In this document: in pieces, positions 36,874-46,162 of the stretch
Layout: each line of letters opens with the position of its first letter
Numbering within the stretch: position 1 is the stretch's first letter
Source of the DNA: Synergistota bacterium
GTDB lineage: Bacteria > Synergistota > Synergistia > Synergistales > Aminobacteriaceae
Assembly (NCBI GenBank): GCA_022704435.1
Contig: JAKJGK010000001.1
Span: 33,554-97,553, forward strand
Direction: 5' to 3'
DNA length: 64,000 nt
Made by a program: the position numbers and the translations under genes
Notes under the pieces: model-generated
What the model was told of the DNA's origin: nothing
Database searches by the model: none
Seen by the model: the letters and a program-made list of their open reading frames with translations, nothing else

Positions 36874-38423
36874 GCGCCCCTGTGCTGGGAATAGACCTGG
36901 GCACGAGAAACGCCCTCTCCGCCGTCGCACAGGCCGGCAAGGGAGTTGTCCTGATCCCAAGCCGATGGGGGGGCTTCAGGACCCCCTCTGTCAGCGCGTG
37001 GACCTCGGGCGGCTGGCTGGCCGGGGAGGACGCCGCGCGGAGCGAGATAAAGAATCCCTCAACCACCTGGTGGGATATCAAGCGAAAATTGGGGACTACC
37101 TGGCGCGGCAGATGCGGCCGCGGACACTGTACCCCCGAGGATGTGCTCGCGCCCCTCATGATTCTTCTCAGGGAGGACGCCGAGGCCTGCCTGGGGGAGT
37201 TCGTATCATCCTGCGTGCTGACGGTCCCGGCCTCGTTCAGCTTCACCGAGCGCGCCGCCGCCGGGAGGGTGGCGAGGTCGGCGGGGTTCTCCGCCGTCAG
37301 GGTGATAAACGAGCCCACCGCCGCGGCTCTGGCGTTCGGCGCGAGCGGAAAGTTCCTGGTGCTGGACTATGGGGCGGGGACGGTGGACGTCTCAGTCGTC
37401 GAGAGCGAGGGCGAGGTGTGGCAGGTGCTGGAGAGCACTGGAATACCAGCCTCCGGCGGAAGGGATTTCGACGTCGCGCTGGCCAGGCGTCTTAGCAGCA
37501 GGATGGGGGCCACGGACCTCGACGAGAATTCACCCCTGTTCAGGACGCTGCTCGCCGAGGCGGAGGAGCTGAAGATAATGCTCTCGTCCTGCACGGCGTG
37601 CGAGTGGACTCCACCGGCCGGTGTTTGCTCCGCGCCGATAAGGGTCGCCCGCCCGGAGCTCGAGGAGCTCATCCGTCCATCCATCGAGAAGGTCAACACC
37701 GCGGTGCTACGGCTTTGGAGAAAACATCGCCCCGACAGGCTGCTGCTGGTGGGCGGAGGAAGTCGCATTCCCCTGCTCAGGCAGATGCTCGAGGAGAGGG
37801 TGGCCAGGCCTGATCATCTCAACCTGTGCCCCGACGAGACCGTGGTGACCGGAGCGGCCCTCTACGGGGCCATGCCGGACAAGGGACGCCTGCTGCTGGA
37901 TGTGCTTTCCCAGGACCTCGGTATTCTGGCCGCCGACGGAACCCCGGCTCCGCTTCTTGAGAGAGGCGCTTACCTCCCCGCGAGGGCGGAGCGAAGGTTT
38001 CTTAGTGTTGGCGACGGTCCCTTCACGATAACGGTGTTCCAGGGCAGCGGGTCCCGCAGGAGGGTAATCGCATCGCTCAAGGTCCAGGAGGCTCGAAAGG
38101 ACGAGGAGATAGCCCTCTCCTTCACCGTTGACTCGGACGGCCTGCTGAAAATTGATATAATACGCTCGGACGGGCGAATTACGTCGATAGAACCACTGGA
38201 ACTCGGAGAGGAGCCGAGGTCGGCGTCGTCGGAGATACCGGCCGAGATAAGGGATCTCGAGAGGAGGTTCGCGCTCATGTCGGTTTCGCTGTCCCCTGCG
38301 CAGCAGGAGCGCGGCGCCGCGGTCTTGCGGATGGCCAGGACCCTCGGAACCGGGGAGTATTACCAGGCGGGAATCGAGGCCCTTGAGCGGATGTTGTCGG
38401 AGATGGAGAGGGTTGTCGGCTAG
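36870..38423 (+). CDS. Divergent Hsp70-family ATPase (DnaK paralog, short lid)
   Basis: 517 aa. The ATG overlaps the mtaB stop (ATGA). Hsp70 motifs are present in altered form: LGIDLGTRNA, VLTVPASFSF, VINEPTAAALAFG, VLDYGAGTVDVSVV, LLVGGGSRIPLL, and linker LLLDVLSQDLGI. The C-terminal lid is much shorter than in the DnaK at 31584. Confidence 0.85.
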   Translation: MSAPVLGIDLGTRNALSAVAQAGKGVVLIPSRWGGFRTPSVSAWTSGGWLAGEDAARSEIKNPSTTWWDIKRKLGTTWRGRCGRGHCTPEDVLAPLMILLREDAEACLGEFVSSCVLTVPASFSFTERAAAGRVARSAGFSAVRVINEPTAAALAFGASGKFLVLDYGAGTVDVSVVESEGEVWQVLESTGIPASGGRDFDVALARRLSSRMGATDLDENSPLFRTLLAEAEELKIMLSSCTACEWTPPAGVCSAPIRVARPELEELIRPSIEKVNTAVLRLWRKHRPDRLLLVGGGSRIPLLRQMLEERVARPDHLNLCPDETVVTGAALYGAMPDKGRLLLDVLSQDLGILAADGTPAPLLERGAYLPARAERRFLSVGDGPFTITVFQGSGSRRRVIASLKVQEARKDEEIALSFTVDSDGLLKIDIIRSDGRITSIEPLELGEEPRSASSEIPAEIRDLERRFALMSVSLSPAQQERGAAVLRMARTLGTGEYYQAGIEALERMLSEMERVVG

Positions 38424-38424
38424 C

Positions 38425-39417
38425 ATGGATGTAGTCATGGAACTGTCCGAGTGTTTTGATATATTAGGAGTGCAGCCCGGCGCCCATCTCAAGGAGGTGC
38501 GGTCGGCCTTCAGGCGGCTCGCCCTGACCTGCCATCCGGATCTGGCAGGGCCCCAGGGGGCGAAGAAGTTCGAGGCGGCGGCGGCGGCCTACGCTAGGCT
38601 GAAATCTGCCACGCCGGCCCAGATCTCCGAGTCTCTGAAGAAGAAAAAGTCAAGGGGCGCGTTTGCAGGCTCCCCCTTTGCCAGGGGCGGGAAGGAAGCC
38701 CGCAAGTCGAGAGAGGGCCGCCGTGCCGCGAAAGAGGACGACCGCTCGCAGCGGGTGCGCGACCTTATGCTGGAGAGGGCGCTGGTCGAGACGGAACTCA
38801 CGCTGGCGCGCATAGTTGAGAAGGCGGCCCGGACGGGGGATTCCCGCGAGCCTGTGTCTGTGGCACAAAGGCTGGCCAGCTCTCATCCAGGGGTTCGTCT
38901 GCTCGCGATGGGGGCTCTCGCAAGGAGCAAGCCGGACAGGGAGACTTTTGCCTCCCTCGTCGGGATGCTGCGTCGCTGGCCTCCCGACGACGATATCATG
39001 GAGCATCTTACTCTCATCGACTGCACGGCCGAGCAGAAGCTGGAGATCATCGCGGCGCTGGAGCCAAGGGTGCACCTGCTGTCCGAGGCTTCTGCATTCT
39101 CGTTGATGCGCTGGGGTTCGTCCTCTCGGGCGGACGAGTCTCTGAACGAGAGGATGCTCTCCCACCCGTCCCCTCGGGTCATAGCCCGCGCGCTCGCCCG
39201 GTGGAGGCGAAGGGAGCCGCCCGACGACCTGACCCTGATCCGCCTTCTGAAGAGGGAGGAGGAGGAGGAGGTGCTGGTGCCTCTGCTGCGTCTGCTCAAG
39301 GAGAGATCCATCCCCGCCTTCGCGTGCGCCAGGGTGAGGCTGCTGTCCGAGAACCACGCATCCGCGGCCGTGCGAGTTTGGGCCGGGTCTATTGTGCGGG
39401 CGAAGAATCTGGTATAG
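38425..39417 (+). CDS. J-domain protein with C-terminal HEAT/PBS-lyase-like repeats
   Basis: ORF 38383..39417 trimmed to ATG 38425, 1 nt after the Hsp70-like stop. J domain CFDILGVQPGAHLKEVRSAFRRLALTCHPDL (HPD). Basic linker. Three or more repeats of the D/S-x-x-x-VR-x-x-A type (SHPGVRLLAMGALA, SHPSPRVIARALA, NHASAAVRVWAG). Confidence 0.75.
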   Translation: MDVVMELSECFDILGVQPGAHLKEVRSAFRRLALTCHPDLAGPQGAKKFEAAAAAYARLKSATPAQISESLKKKKSRGAFAGSPFARGGKEARKSREGRRAAKEDDRSQRVRDLMLERALVETELTLARIVEKAARTGDSREPVSVAQRLASSHPGVRLLAMGALARSKPDRETFASLVGMLRRWPPDDDIMEHLTLIDCTAEQKLEIIAALEPRVHLLSEASAFSLMRWGSSSRADESLNERMLSHPSPRVIARALARWRRREPPDDLTLIRLLKREEEEEVLVPLLRLLKERSIPAFACARVRLLSENHASAAVRVWAGSIVRAKNLV

Positions 39418-39436
39418 AATACTGTGACGTTGCGAG

Positions 39437-39787
39437 GTGGGATATTTGGACGGTAGGTGCCTGTTCTGCGATATGGTCTCCGGGGCTGTAAGGGCGAAGT
39501 TCGTGTACGAGGACGAGTCGGTGTTCGTCATAAGAGATATCGCCCCCCAGGCCCCGGTGCATCTGCTCGTTATACCGAAGGAGCACGTGGAACCGGCGTC
39601 CAGCGTCCAAAACCCGGGAGTGTGGTCGAAAGTCCTCGATTGCGCCGTGCGCACAGCCGCATCCCTGGGGCTTGACAGGGAAGGGTACAGGCTGGTGATA
39701 AACTGCGGTGCCGGCGCGGGACAGACGATTCCCCACCTTCATATTCACCTGTTGGCGGGACGCAGTTTCCGCTGGCCACCAGGTTAG
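39437..39787 (+). CDS. HIT-family (histidine triad) nucleotide hydrolase
   Basis: 116 aa. TTG 39446 is an alternative start. Family segments: [26 protein letters not shown], triad IPHLHIHLL. Confidence 0.88.
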   Translation: MGYLDGRCLFCDMVSGAVRAKFVYEDESVFVIRDIAPQAPVHLLVIPKEHVEPASSVQNPGVWSKVLDCAVRTAASLGLDREGYRLVINCGAGAGQTIPHLHIHLLAGRSFRWPPG

Positions 39788-39818
39788 ATGCGGGTGGCAA
39801 AGAAAGGGGGGAATGTTT

Positions 39819-40007
39819 ATGACGACTGTCGTTCGAAGAGAAAATGAATCCCTCGATGACGCCCTGAGACGCTTTAAAAGGGAGGTCTCGAAGGTTGGGA
39901 CCCTTCGGGAGGTTCGTAAGAGAGAGCACTACGAGAAGCCCAGCGAAGCGAAAAAGACAAAGAGGGCCGAGGCCGCCAGAAAGAGACGGGGCAAGTCCAG
40001 AGGATAG
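39819..40007 (+). CDS. rpsU: 30S ribosomal protein S21
   Basis: ORF 39708..40007 trimmed to ATG 39819 (AAAGGGGGG RBS). 62 aa: [43 protein letters not shown]... Confidence 0.92.
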   Translation: MTTVVRRENESLDDALRRFKREVSKVGTLREVRKREHYEKPSEAKKTKRAEAARKRRGKSRG

Positions 40008-40033
40008 AGGTGCGCGCGTGCGGGCCTTTAAGC

Positions 40034-40057
40034 AAACCGGGGAAACCCGGTTTTTTC
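40034..40057 (+). terminator. Rho-independent terminator after rpsU
   Basis: AAACCGGG-GAAA-CCCGGTTT (GNRA loop) running into TTTTTTC. Confidence 0.7.
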
Positions 40058-40077
40058 TTTATCCCGGAGGTGAGCGA

Positions 40078-40566
40078 GTGAAGTGCCCTGTGTGCAGCGC
40101 GTCCGAGACGCGCGTTATCGAGACCAGGACCGCCGACGAGGGGCGTATCGTGCGGCGCAGGAGAGAGTGCCCGGCCTGCGGTTCCCGGTTCACCACCTAT
40201 GAGAAGGCCGAGGACAGGCGTCAGCTGCGCGTCGTCAAGAAGGACGGCAGAAGAGAGGCCTTCGACAGGGACAAGATCGTCCGCGGGATCGCCAGGGCGT
40301 GCGAGAAGCTGCCGGTATCTCTTGAGCAGATGGAGGGCCTTGCGGCACGCATCGAGGCGGACTTCAAGGCCGACGGATCCGGAGAGATACCCGTTGATCT
40401 CATAGGTCAAAGGGTAATGGACGGGTTGAAACAGGTAAACCAGGTGGCCTACGTGCGTTTCGCGTCTGTCTACCGCGTCTTCACCGATCTGGAGAGCTTC
40501 CAGCACGAGATTGCGCGTCTGATCAGCGAGAGGGAGTCGGCGGGAGAGCCCGTGTCGGGAGCGTAG
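40078..40566 (+). CDS. nrdR: Transcriptional repressor NrdR
   Basis: ORF 39895..40566 trimmed to GTG 40078 (GGAGGTGA RBS). Zinc ribbon VKCPVCSASETRVIETR...CPACGSRFTTYE, followed by an ATP-cone (VVKKDGRREAFDRDKI). Confidence 0.92.
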   Translation: MKCPVCSASETRVIETRTADEGRIVRRRRECPACGSRFTTYEKAEDRRQLRVVKKDGRREAFDRDKIVRGIARACEKLPVSLEQMEGLAARIEADFKADGSGEIPVDLIGQRVMDGLKQVNQVAYVRFASVYRVFTDLESFQHEIARLISERESAGEPVSGA

Positions 40567-40643
40567 CCCTTGGCGGTGTCGTTTACCGTCTAGTGAAGTT
40601 GACGAGAAAAAACGAGTTGCCCTTTCAGAAACCGTAGTTCTTG

Positions 40644-40651
40644 TGTATAAT
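40644..40651 (+). promoter_or_regulatory. Candidate extended -10 promoter of the liv operon
   Basis: TGTATAAT, 42 nt upstream of ATG 40693. Confidence 0.35.
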
Positions 40652-40692
40652 CCGAAGAGAGGTTCTAATATCTTCACTGAGGAGGGAACTGT

Positions 40693-41826
40693 ATGAAGCT
40701 TCGTAATGTACTTCTTGCTGCTCTGTTGGTGTTAGTGGTAGCCGGGACGGCCGTTGCCGCCGAGCCCATCAGGATCGGCGTCTTTCTTCCGTTGACCGGC
40801 AGGGTGGCCTTCGGGGGGCAGTTGGAGCTCGAGGGAGTGCAGATGGCCCACAAGGAGGTCTCCGAGGTCCTCGGCAGGCCGGTGGAGCTCTTCGTAGTGG
40901 ACAACAAGACCGACAAGGTGGAGTCCGCCAACGCGGTCAAGCGCCTCGTCGAGCATGACAAGGTAGTGGCTGTCATCGGGTCTTACGGCTCATCGCTCGC
41001 CATGGCGGGCGGCGAGGTCGCCGAGGCGGCAAAGATTCCCATGATGGGGACCTCGTGCACCAACCCGCTCGTGACCCTGGGCAAGGAGTACGTCTTCAGG
41101 GCGTGCTTCATCGACCCGTACCAGGGCGCGGCGGCCGCGACCTACGCCTACAACACCCTCGGCATGAAGAAGGCCGCCATCCTGATCGACGTGGCCAACG
41201 ACTACTGCGTGGGCCTCGCGAACTTCTTCAAGCAGTCCTACAAGAAGCTCGGCGGCGAGGTCGTATCCGAGCTGATGTACAACTCCGGCGACCAGGACTT
41301 CACAGCCCAGCTCACCGAGATCATCAGCAAGGGCCCCGACCTTCTCTACATCCCGGCCGACTTTGCAGAGGGCGCGATCATAATGAAGCAGGCGAGGGAG
41401 CTCGGCGCCGACTTCCAGATAATGGGCGGGGACGCGATGGACAACCCCGAGATAGTGAGCATCGGCGGGGACGCGGTCGAGGGCTTCATCCACACAACCT
41501 TCCCCTACGATCCCTCTATGAAGGACATGAGCGACATAGCGAAGACCTTCACCGAGAACTGGTCGAAGCTTCACCCCGACAAGGAGCCCAACGTCAACGC
41601 AGCCCTCGGCTACGACTCCTACATGCTGGTGATCAACGCCATTGAGAAGGCCGGAAGCGCGGAGCCAGACGCCATAAGGGACGCGCTCGCCGCCACCAAG
41701 GACTTCCCCGGTGTCACCGGCTCCAAGACGATCAACGAGACCCACGACGCCGAGAGCCCGGTAGGGGTGGTCCAGATCAAGGGTGCCAAGAAGCTGTTCA
41801 TCGACATCGTTGAGCCCGTTCTCTAG
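40693..41826 (+). CDS. Branched-chain amino acid ABC transporter substrate-binding protein (LivJ/K family)
   Basis: 377 aa. Signal peptide. Family segments: IRIGVFLPLTGRVAFGG, VVAVIGSYGSSLAMA, FRACFIDPYQG. Confidence 0.88.
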   Translation: MKLRNVLLAALLVLVVAGTAVAAEPIRIGVFLPLTGRVAFGGQLELEGVQMAHKEVSEVLGRPVELFVVDNKTDKVESANAVKRLVEHDKVVAVIGSYGSSLAMAGGEVAEAAKIPMMGTSCTNPLVTLGKEYVFRACFIDPYQGAAAATYAYNTLGMKKAAILIDVANDYCVGLANFFKQSYKKLGGEVVSELMYNSGDQDFTAQLTEIISKGPDLLYIPADFAEGAIIMKQARELGADFQIMGGDAMDNPEIVSIGGDAVEGFIHTTFPYDPSMKDMSDIAKTFTENWSKLHPDKEPNVNAALGYDSYMLVINAIEKAGSAEPDAIRDALAATKDFPGVTGSKTINETHDAESPVGVVQIKGAKKLFIDIVEPVL

Positions 41827-41882
41827 GAAGGATCTCCGACTCTTTCCCGGCATCCTGCGGGATTGATTAAAGCGCCTTATCA

Positions 41883-41920
41883 GGAGGGCGGAGGTTCCAG
41901 CCTCCTCCCTCCATTTTCTT
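41883..41920 (+). terminator. Intra-operon terminator/attenuator after the liv SBP gene
   Basis: GGAGGGCGGAGG-TTCCAG-CCTCCTCCCTCC (12 bp stem, one mismatch) followed by ATTTTCTTCTT. Confidence 0.6.
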
Positions 41921-41944
41921 CTTGATCAAGGGGGATCTTTTTAC

Positions 41945-42838
41945 ATGAGCGGAAGCCTTTTTGTTCAGCATCTTTTCAACGCCGTCACACTCGGCTCTCT
42001 TTATGGCCTTATCGCCATCGGGTACACGATGGTCTACGGTATACTGCGCCTCATCAACTTCGCCCACGGCGAGGTGTTCATGCTTGGCGCGTACTTCGTT
42101 TTCTTCGGAATATCCCTCTTCCACCTGCCCTGGGGGGTCGCGGTGATAGGGTCTATAGCGGTCTCCTCCCTCTGCGGAATCTTCGTGGATCGTATCGCAT
42201 ACAAGCCGCTGCGGTCCGCGCCCAGAATCTCGGCGCTGATCAGCGCCATCGGGGTCTCCTTCCTCATCCAGAACCTCGCCATCGTGATATTCGGAGGGAT
42301 ACCGCGACCCGTCGCTCGTCCGGACTGGCTGGTGCAGGTAATGAAGGTCGGCGAAGTCAGGATCATACCCCTGGCGATCGTCGTGCCGCTCGTCACACTG
42401 GCGCTGGTGCTGGGGCTGCTGTGGATCGTCTACAGGACCAAACCGGGGCTTGCCATGAGGGCCATCTCAAAGGACATCGAGACCACGAGGCTCATGGGAG
42501 TATCAGTAAACAAGATCATAGCCTTCACCTTTGGCCTGGGCTCGGCCCTGGCGGCCGCCTCCGGTATTATGTGGGCCCTGCGCTACCCCCAGATACAGCC
42601 GTTCATGGGGCTGGTACCTGGCCTCAAGGCCTTTATAGCGGCGGTCTTCGGCGGCATCGGGTCCATCCAGGGCGCTGTCATAGGCGGAATGCTCCTCGGG
42701 CTGATCGAGATCATGGCCGTCGCCTTCTTCCCTCAGCTCTCGGGCTACCGTGATGCCTTCGCCTTTGTGCTCCTCATCATCATCCTGCTCCTCAAGCCCA
42801 CCGGGCTGATGGGGGAGAAGCTGGAGGACAAGATATGA
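41945..42838 (+). CDS. livH: Branched-chain amino acid ABC transporter permease LivH
   Basis: 297 aa. Family segments: LFNAVTLGSLYGLIAIGYTMVYGILRLINFAHGE, AVFGGIGSIQGAVIGG. Confidence 0.9.
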   Translation: MSGSLFVQHLFNAVTLGSLYGLIAIGYTMVYGILRLINFAHGEVFMLGAYFVFFGISLFHLPWGVAVIGSIAVSSLCGIFVDRIAYKPLRSAPRISALISAIGVSFLIQNLAIVIFGGIPRPVARPDWLVQVMKVGEVRIIPLAIVVPLVTLALVLGLLWIVYRTKPGLAMRAISKDIETTRLMGVSVNKIIAFTFGLGSALAAASGIMWALRYPQIQPFMGLVPGLKAFIAAVFGGIGSIQGAVIGGMLLGLIEIMAVAFFPQLSGYRDAFAFVLLIIILLLKPTGLMGEKLEDKI

Positions 42839-43902
42839 ACAACAGATCGCGAGACCTTGCGCTGAACTCACTGGCCCTGGCGGCCCTCGCGGCCTTTCTG
42901 TACTGGGCTCACACCAGCTTCGACGGGTACAAGATCCAGATACTCAACCTCATCGCCGTCAACGCGATATTGGCCCTCAGCCTCAACCTGATCTACGGGT
43001 TCACCGGGATGTTCTCCCTCGGGCATGCGGGCTTCATGGCGCTTGGCGCCTACACGTCCGCCATACTGATCCTCCCCTCCGCACAGAAGCAGATGATGTG
43101 GATAATCGAGCCCCTGATATGGCCCCTGTCGGTGATGAACGCCCCGTTCTTCGTGGCCGTGCTGGCGGGAGGTCTGGTGGCCGCGTTCTTCGCGCTGCTC
43201 ATAGCAATCCCGGTGCTCCGCCTGGGCGGCGACTACCTGGGGATCGCCACGCTCGGATTCTCGGAGATCATAAGGGTGGTGTTGACCAATCTAAACTTCA
43301 TCACCAACGGCGCGCTCGGGATAAAGGGAATCCCGTCGTACGCCAACCTCTGGTGGAACTACGGCTGGCTTCTGCTGACGACCTTCTTCATTGTCCGACT
43401 GATAAACAGCAACTTCGGCAACGTGCTGAAGGCCATCCGGGACGACGAGATCGCGGCCAAGAACATGGGCATCAACACATTCTTCTACAGGGTCCTGTCA
43501 TTCACGATCGGGGCCTTCTTCGCGGGCGTCGGCGGCGCACTTCTCGGCAGCCTGGTGACCACCATCGACCCGATGATGTTCCGGTTCGTGCTGACCTTCA
43601 ACATCCTCATGATAACCGTCACCGGAGGGCTTGGATCGATCTCCGGAAGCATCATCGGCAGCGTGGTTATCACCGTCCTGCTTGAATGGCTGCGAATAGT
43701 CGAGAGCCCGATGACCATTGGTTCCTTCGCAATCCCCGGCATTCCGGGCATGAGGATGGTCATCTTTTCCCTGGCCCTTATACTGATAATACTGTTCCGC
43801 AGGGAGGGGATCATGGGCATGAGGGAGCTTTCGTGGGATATGCTCTTCTCCCGCGGCAGCAGGGCGCGGAACCATGATGAAGAGGGGGAAGACAGGAGAT
43901 GA
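42835..43902 (+). CDS. livM: Branched-chain amino acid ABC transporter permease LivM
   Basis: 355 aa. The start overlaps the livH stop. Family segments: GFTGMFSLGHAGFMALGAYT, LRLGGDYLGIATLGFSEI, IRDDEIAAKNMGIN. Confidence 0.9.
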   Translation: MNNRSRDLALNSLALAALAAFLYWAHTSFDGYKIQILNLIAVNAILALSLNLIYGFTGMFSLGHAGFMALGAYTSAILILPSAQKQMMWIIEPLIWPLSVMNAPFFVAVLAGGLVAAFFALLIAIPVLRLGGDYLGIATLGFSEIIRVVLTNLNFITNGALGIKGIPSYANLWWNYGWLLLTTFFIVRLINSNFGNVLKAIRDDEIAAKNMGINTFFYRVLSFTIGAFFAGVGGALLGSLVTTIDPMMFRFVLTFNILMITVTGGLGSISGSIIGSVVITVLLEWLRIVESPMTIGSFAIPGIPGMRMVIFSLALILIILFRREGIMGMRELSWDMLFSRGSRARNHDEEGEDRR

Positions 43903-44690
43903 CGAGCGCTCCCATTCTGAAGCTTGAAAACCTGACCATGCGCTTCGGCGGCCTGGCGGCGGTCAGCGAACTGTCCATCGACGTCCCGCGCGGGGCCATA
44001 GTGGGCCTGATCGGGCCGAACGGCGCCGGGAAGACGACCGTGTTCAACATGGTGACCGGTTTTTACAGGCCCACGCACGGCCGGGTCGTATTCGACGGGG
44101 ACGATATAACGGGCCTGCAGCCTCACATCATCTGCCGCTCCGGGATATCCAGGACGTTTCAGAACATCCGCCTGTTCTCCCATGAGACCGTGCTGGAGAA
44201 CGTGATGATAGGGTGCCACGTCCGCAGGAGGTCGAAATGGTGGTCTGCCCCGCTGGGCCTGCCTTCCTTCAAGGAAGAGGAGGAGAGGATCCGCCGCAAG
44301 TCGCTCGACCTGCTCGAATCCGTGGGACTCGCCGAATACGCCGGGGAGACGTCATCCTCCCTGCCGTACGGCGCCCAGCGACGGTTGGAGATAGCGCGCG
44401 CTCTGGCCACGGACCCCAAGTTCTTGCTGCTCGACGAACCCGCGGCCGGCATGAATCCCCAGGAGTCCCAGGACTTGATGGCCTTCATCAGGGGGGTGCA
44501 GAAGCGCTTCGGACTGACCATTCTCCTGATAGAGCACGACATGAAGGTCGTCATGGGGGTGTGCGAGTACATCTGGGTACTCGACTACGGGGTGAAGATC
44601 GCGGAGGGTAATCCCGAGGCCATCCAGTCGAACCAGAAGGTCATTGTCGCCTACCTTGGGGAGGAGTATGTGAAATATGCTGAAAGTTGA
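43899..44690 (+). CDS. livG: Branched-chain amino acid ABC transporter ATP-binding protein LivG
   Basis: 263 aa. Walker A GPNGAGKTT, signature LPYGAQRRLEIARAL, Walker B LLLDEPAAGM. Confidence 0.92.
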   Translation: MTSAPILKLENLTMRFGGLAAVSELSIDVPRGAIVGLIGPNGAGKTTVFNMVTGFYRPTHGRVVFDGDDITGLQPHIICRSGISRTFQNIRLFSHETVLENVMIGCHVRRRSKWWSAPLGLPSFKEEEERIRRKSLDLLESVGLAEYAGETSSSLPYGAQRRLEIARALATDPKFLLLDEPAAGMNPQESQDLMAFIRGVQKRFGLTILLIEHDMKVVMGVCEYIWVLDYGVKIAEGNPEAIQSNQKVIVAYLGEEYVKYAES

Positions 44691-45396
44691 GGGGCTCCAC
44701 GTCTACTACGGCGCGATACACGCCGTCAAGGGAATTGATATCGAGATACCGGAGGGAAGCATAGTCACCCTCATTGGCGCGAACGGCGCGGGGAAGAGCA
44801 GTACCATACGCGCCGTGTCCGGGCTGATAAAGAGCATCAAGGGGAAAATTCTCTACAGCCCTTCGGGGGCCTCTCAGACCGACCTCGCCGGCAGGGCGCC
44901 GGAGGAGATTGTGAAGCTTGGGGTGGCCATGAGCCCGGAGGGGCGTAGAATCCTGCCCCACCTGACGGTGGAGGAGAACCTCCAGCTGGGGGCCTTCTCG
45001 AGGAACGACAAGGACGGCATTGAGCGCGACAGGGACAGGGTTTACTCCCTCTTCCCGCGACTGAAGGAGAGGTCCTGGCAGAAGGGGGGCACCCTGTCTG
45101 GAGGGGAGCAGCAGATGCTGGCCCTAGGGCGCGCCCTGATGTGCGAACCGAAGCTGGTGATGCTGGACGAGCCCTCCCTCGGGCTCGCTCCGATCCTGGT
45201 GAAAGAGGTGTTCGACATAATCGGCGAGATCAACTCGCTGGGCAAGACCGTGCTCCTGGTGGAACAGAACGCGTTTGCAGCGCTCAAGATCGCCTCCTAC
45301 GCCTACATCCTGGAGGTCGGCAGGATCGTCCTGCAGGGCAGAGGAGAGGACCTGCTAAAGGATCCGCGCGTCAAGGAAGCCTACCTGGGCGGCTAG
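44677..45396 (+). CDS. livF: Branched-chain amino acid ABC transporter ATP-binding protein LivF
   Basis: 239 aa. Walker A GANGAGKSS, signature LSGGEQQMLALGRAL, Walker B VMLDEPSLGL. Confidence 0.92.
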   Translation: MLKVEGLHVYYGAIHAVKGIDIEIPEGSIVTLIGANGAGKSSTIRAVSGLIKSIKGKILYSPSGASQTDLAGRAPEEIVKLGVAMSPEGRRILPHLTVEENLQLGAFSRNDKDGIERDRDRVYSLFPRLKERSWQKGGTLSGGEQQMLALGRALMCEPKLVMLDEPSLGLAPILVKEVFDIIGEINSLGKTVLLVEQNAFAALKIASYAYILEVGRIVLQGRGEDLLKDPRVKEAYLGG

Positions 45397-45441
45397 AGAG
45401 CACGAAGGGTTATCGTGAGATAAAAAACTTTACGGGAGGGA

Positions 45442-46017
45442 ATGTTCGTGGGAAAAAAGGTATGGAATATTCCAAACGCTCTGAGCCTGTCAAGGGTCTT
45501 TCTCGCGCCCCTCGTCCTGATATTCCTGACTTTCAAGTTCACCTACCCTGTCTACAGGGCCGATGACCTTGATATATCGGTTACCGTGGGAGACCTGCTC
45601 GCGGGCGCGGTATTCATCCTGGCGGCCCTCACGGACACAGCCGACGGTTACATCGCGCGCAAGAAGGGGATGGTCACGAACCTGGGGAAGTTCATCGATC
45701 CCTTGGCGGACAAGATACTGGTCATGGCCGCCCTGGTCGCGCTGGTGGAGCTGCACAGGATACCGGCCTGGATTGTCGTGGTGATCCTGTCCAGGGAGAT
45801 GATCGTCACGGGAGTTCGGATGGTGGCTGCCGCCGAGGGGATAGTAATAGCCGCATCCAACGCGGGCAAGCTCAAGACCGTGATCCAGATCGTGGCCATA
45901 ACGATGCTGATCTTCTCCCTTCCCTTCGGCATCCATGTCATGTGGGCGGCGATGCTGTTGACCGTGTGGTCCGGAATGGACTATCTTTTTAACGCCAAGG
46001 ATCTGTTCACCGAGTAG
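45442..46017 (+). CDS. pgsA: CDP-diacylglycerol--glycerol-3-phosphate 3-phosphatidyltransferase
   Basis: 191 aa. GTG 45448 has better RBS spacing than ATG 45442. CDP-alcohol transferase motif DTADGYIARKKGMVTNLGKFIDPLADK. N-terminal NIPNALSLSR. Confidence 0.88.
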   Translation: MFVGKKVWNIPNALSLSRVFLAPLVLIFLTFKFTYPVYRADDLDISVTVGDLLAGAVFILAALTDTADGYIARKKGMVTNLGKFIDPLADKILVMAALVALVELHRIPAWIVVVILSREMIVTGVRMVAAAEGIVIAASNAGKLKTVIQIVAITMLIFSLPFGIHVMWAAMLLTVWSGMDYLFNAKDLFTE

Positions 46018-46071
46018 CGCCCGGACGGCGCCCGGTCGACATGGGGGGCCTGCGCAGTCGCCAAGTGCTCT

Positions 46072-46100
46072 TTGACTCCAACCCGGCCCGGACATATAAT
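46072..46100 (+). promoter_or_regulatory. Sigma70-type promoter of secA
   Basis: TTGACT (46072-46077), 17 nt spacer, TATAAT (46095-46100), 62 nt upstream of ATG 46163. Confidence 0.5.
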
Positions 46101-46162
46101 GGCCTTTGGATTCGCGCCGTGCGACGCATCAGCACGGCTGATTTTTGTGTTGAGGTGAAAGA

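Noticed and set aside
39254-39270. GAG/GGA trinucleotide repeat.
   Set aside because: It is simply a run of Glu codons (REEEEEV) inside the J-domain/HEAT protein and is too short to count as a repeat element.
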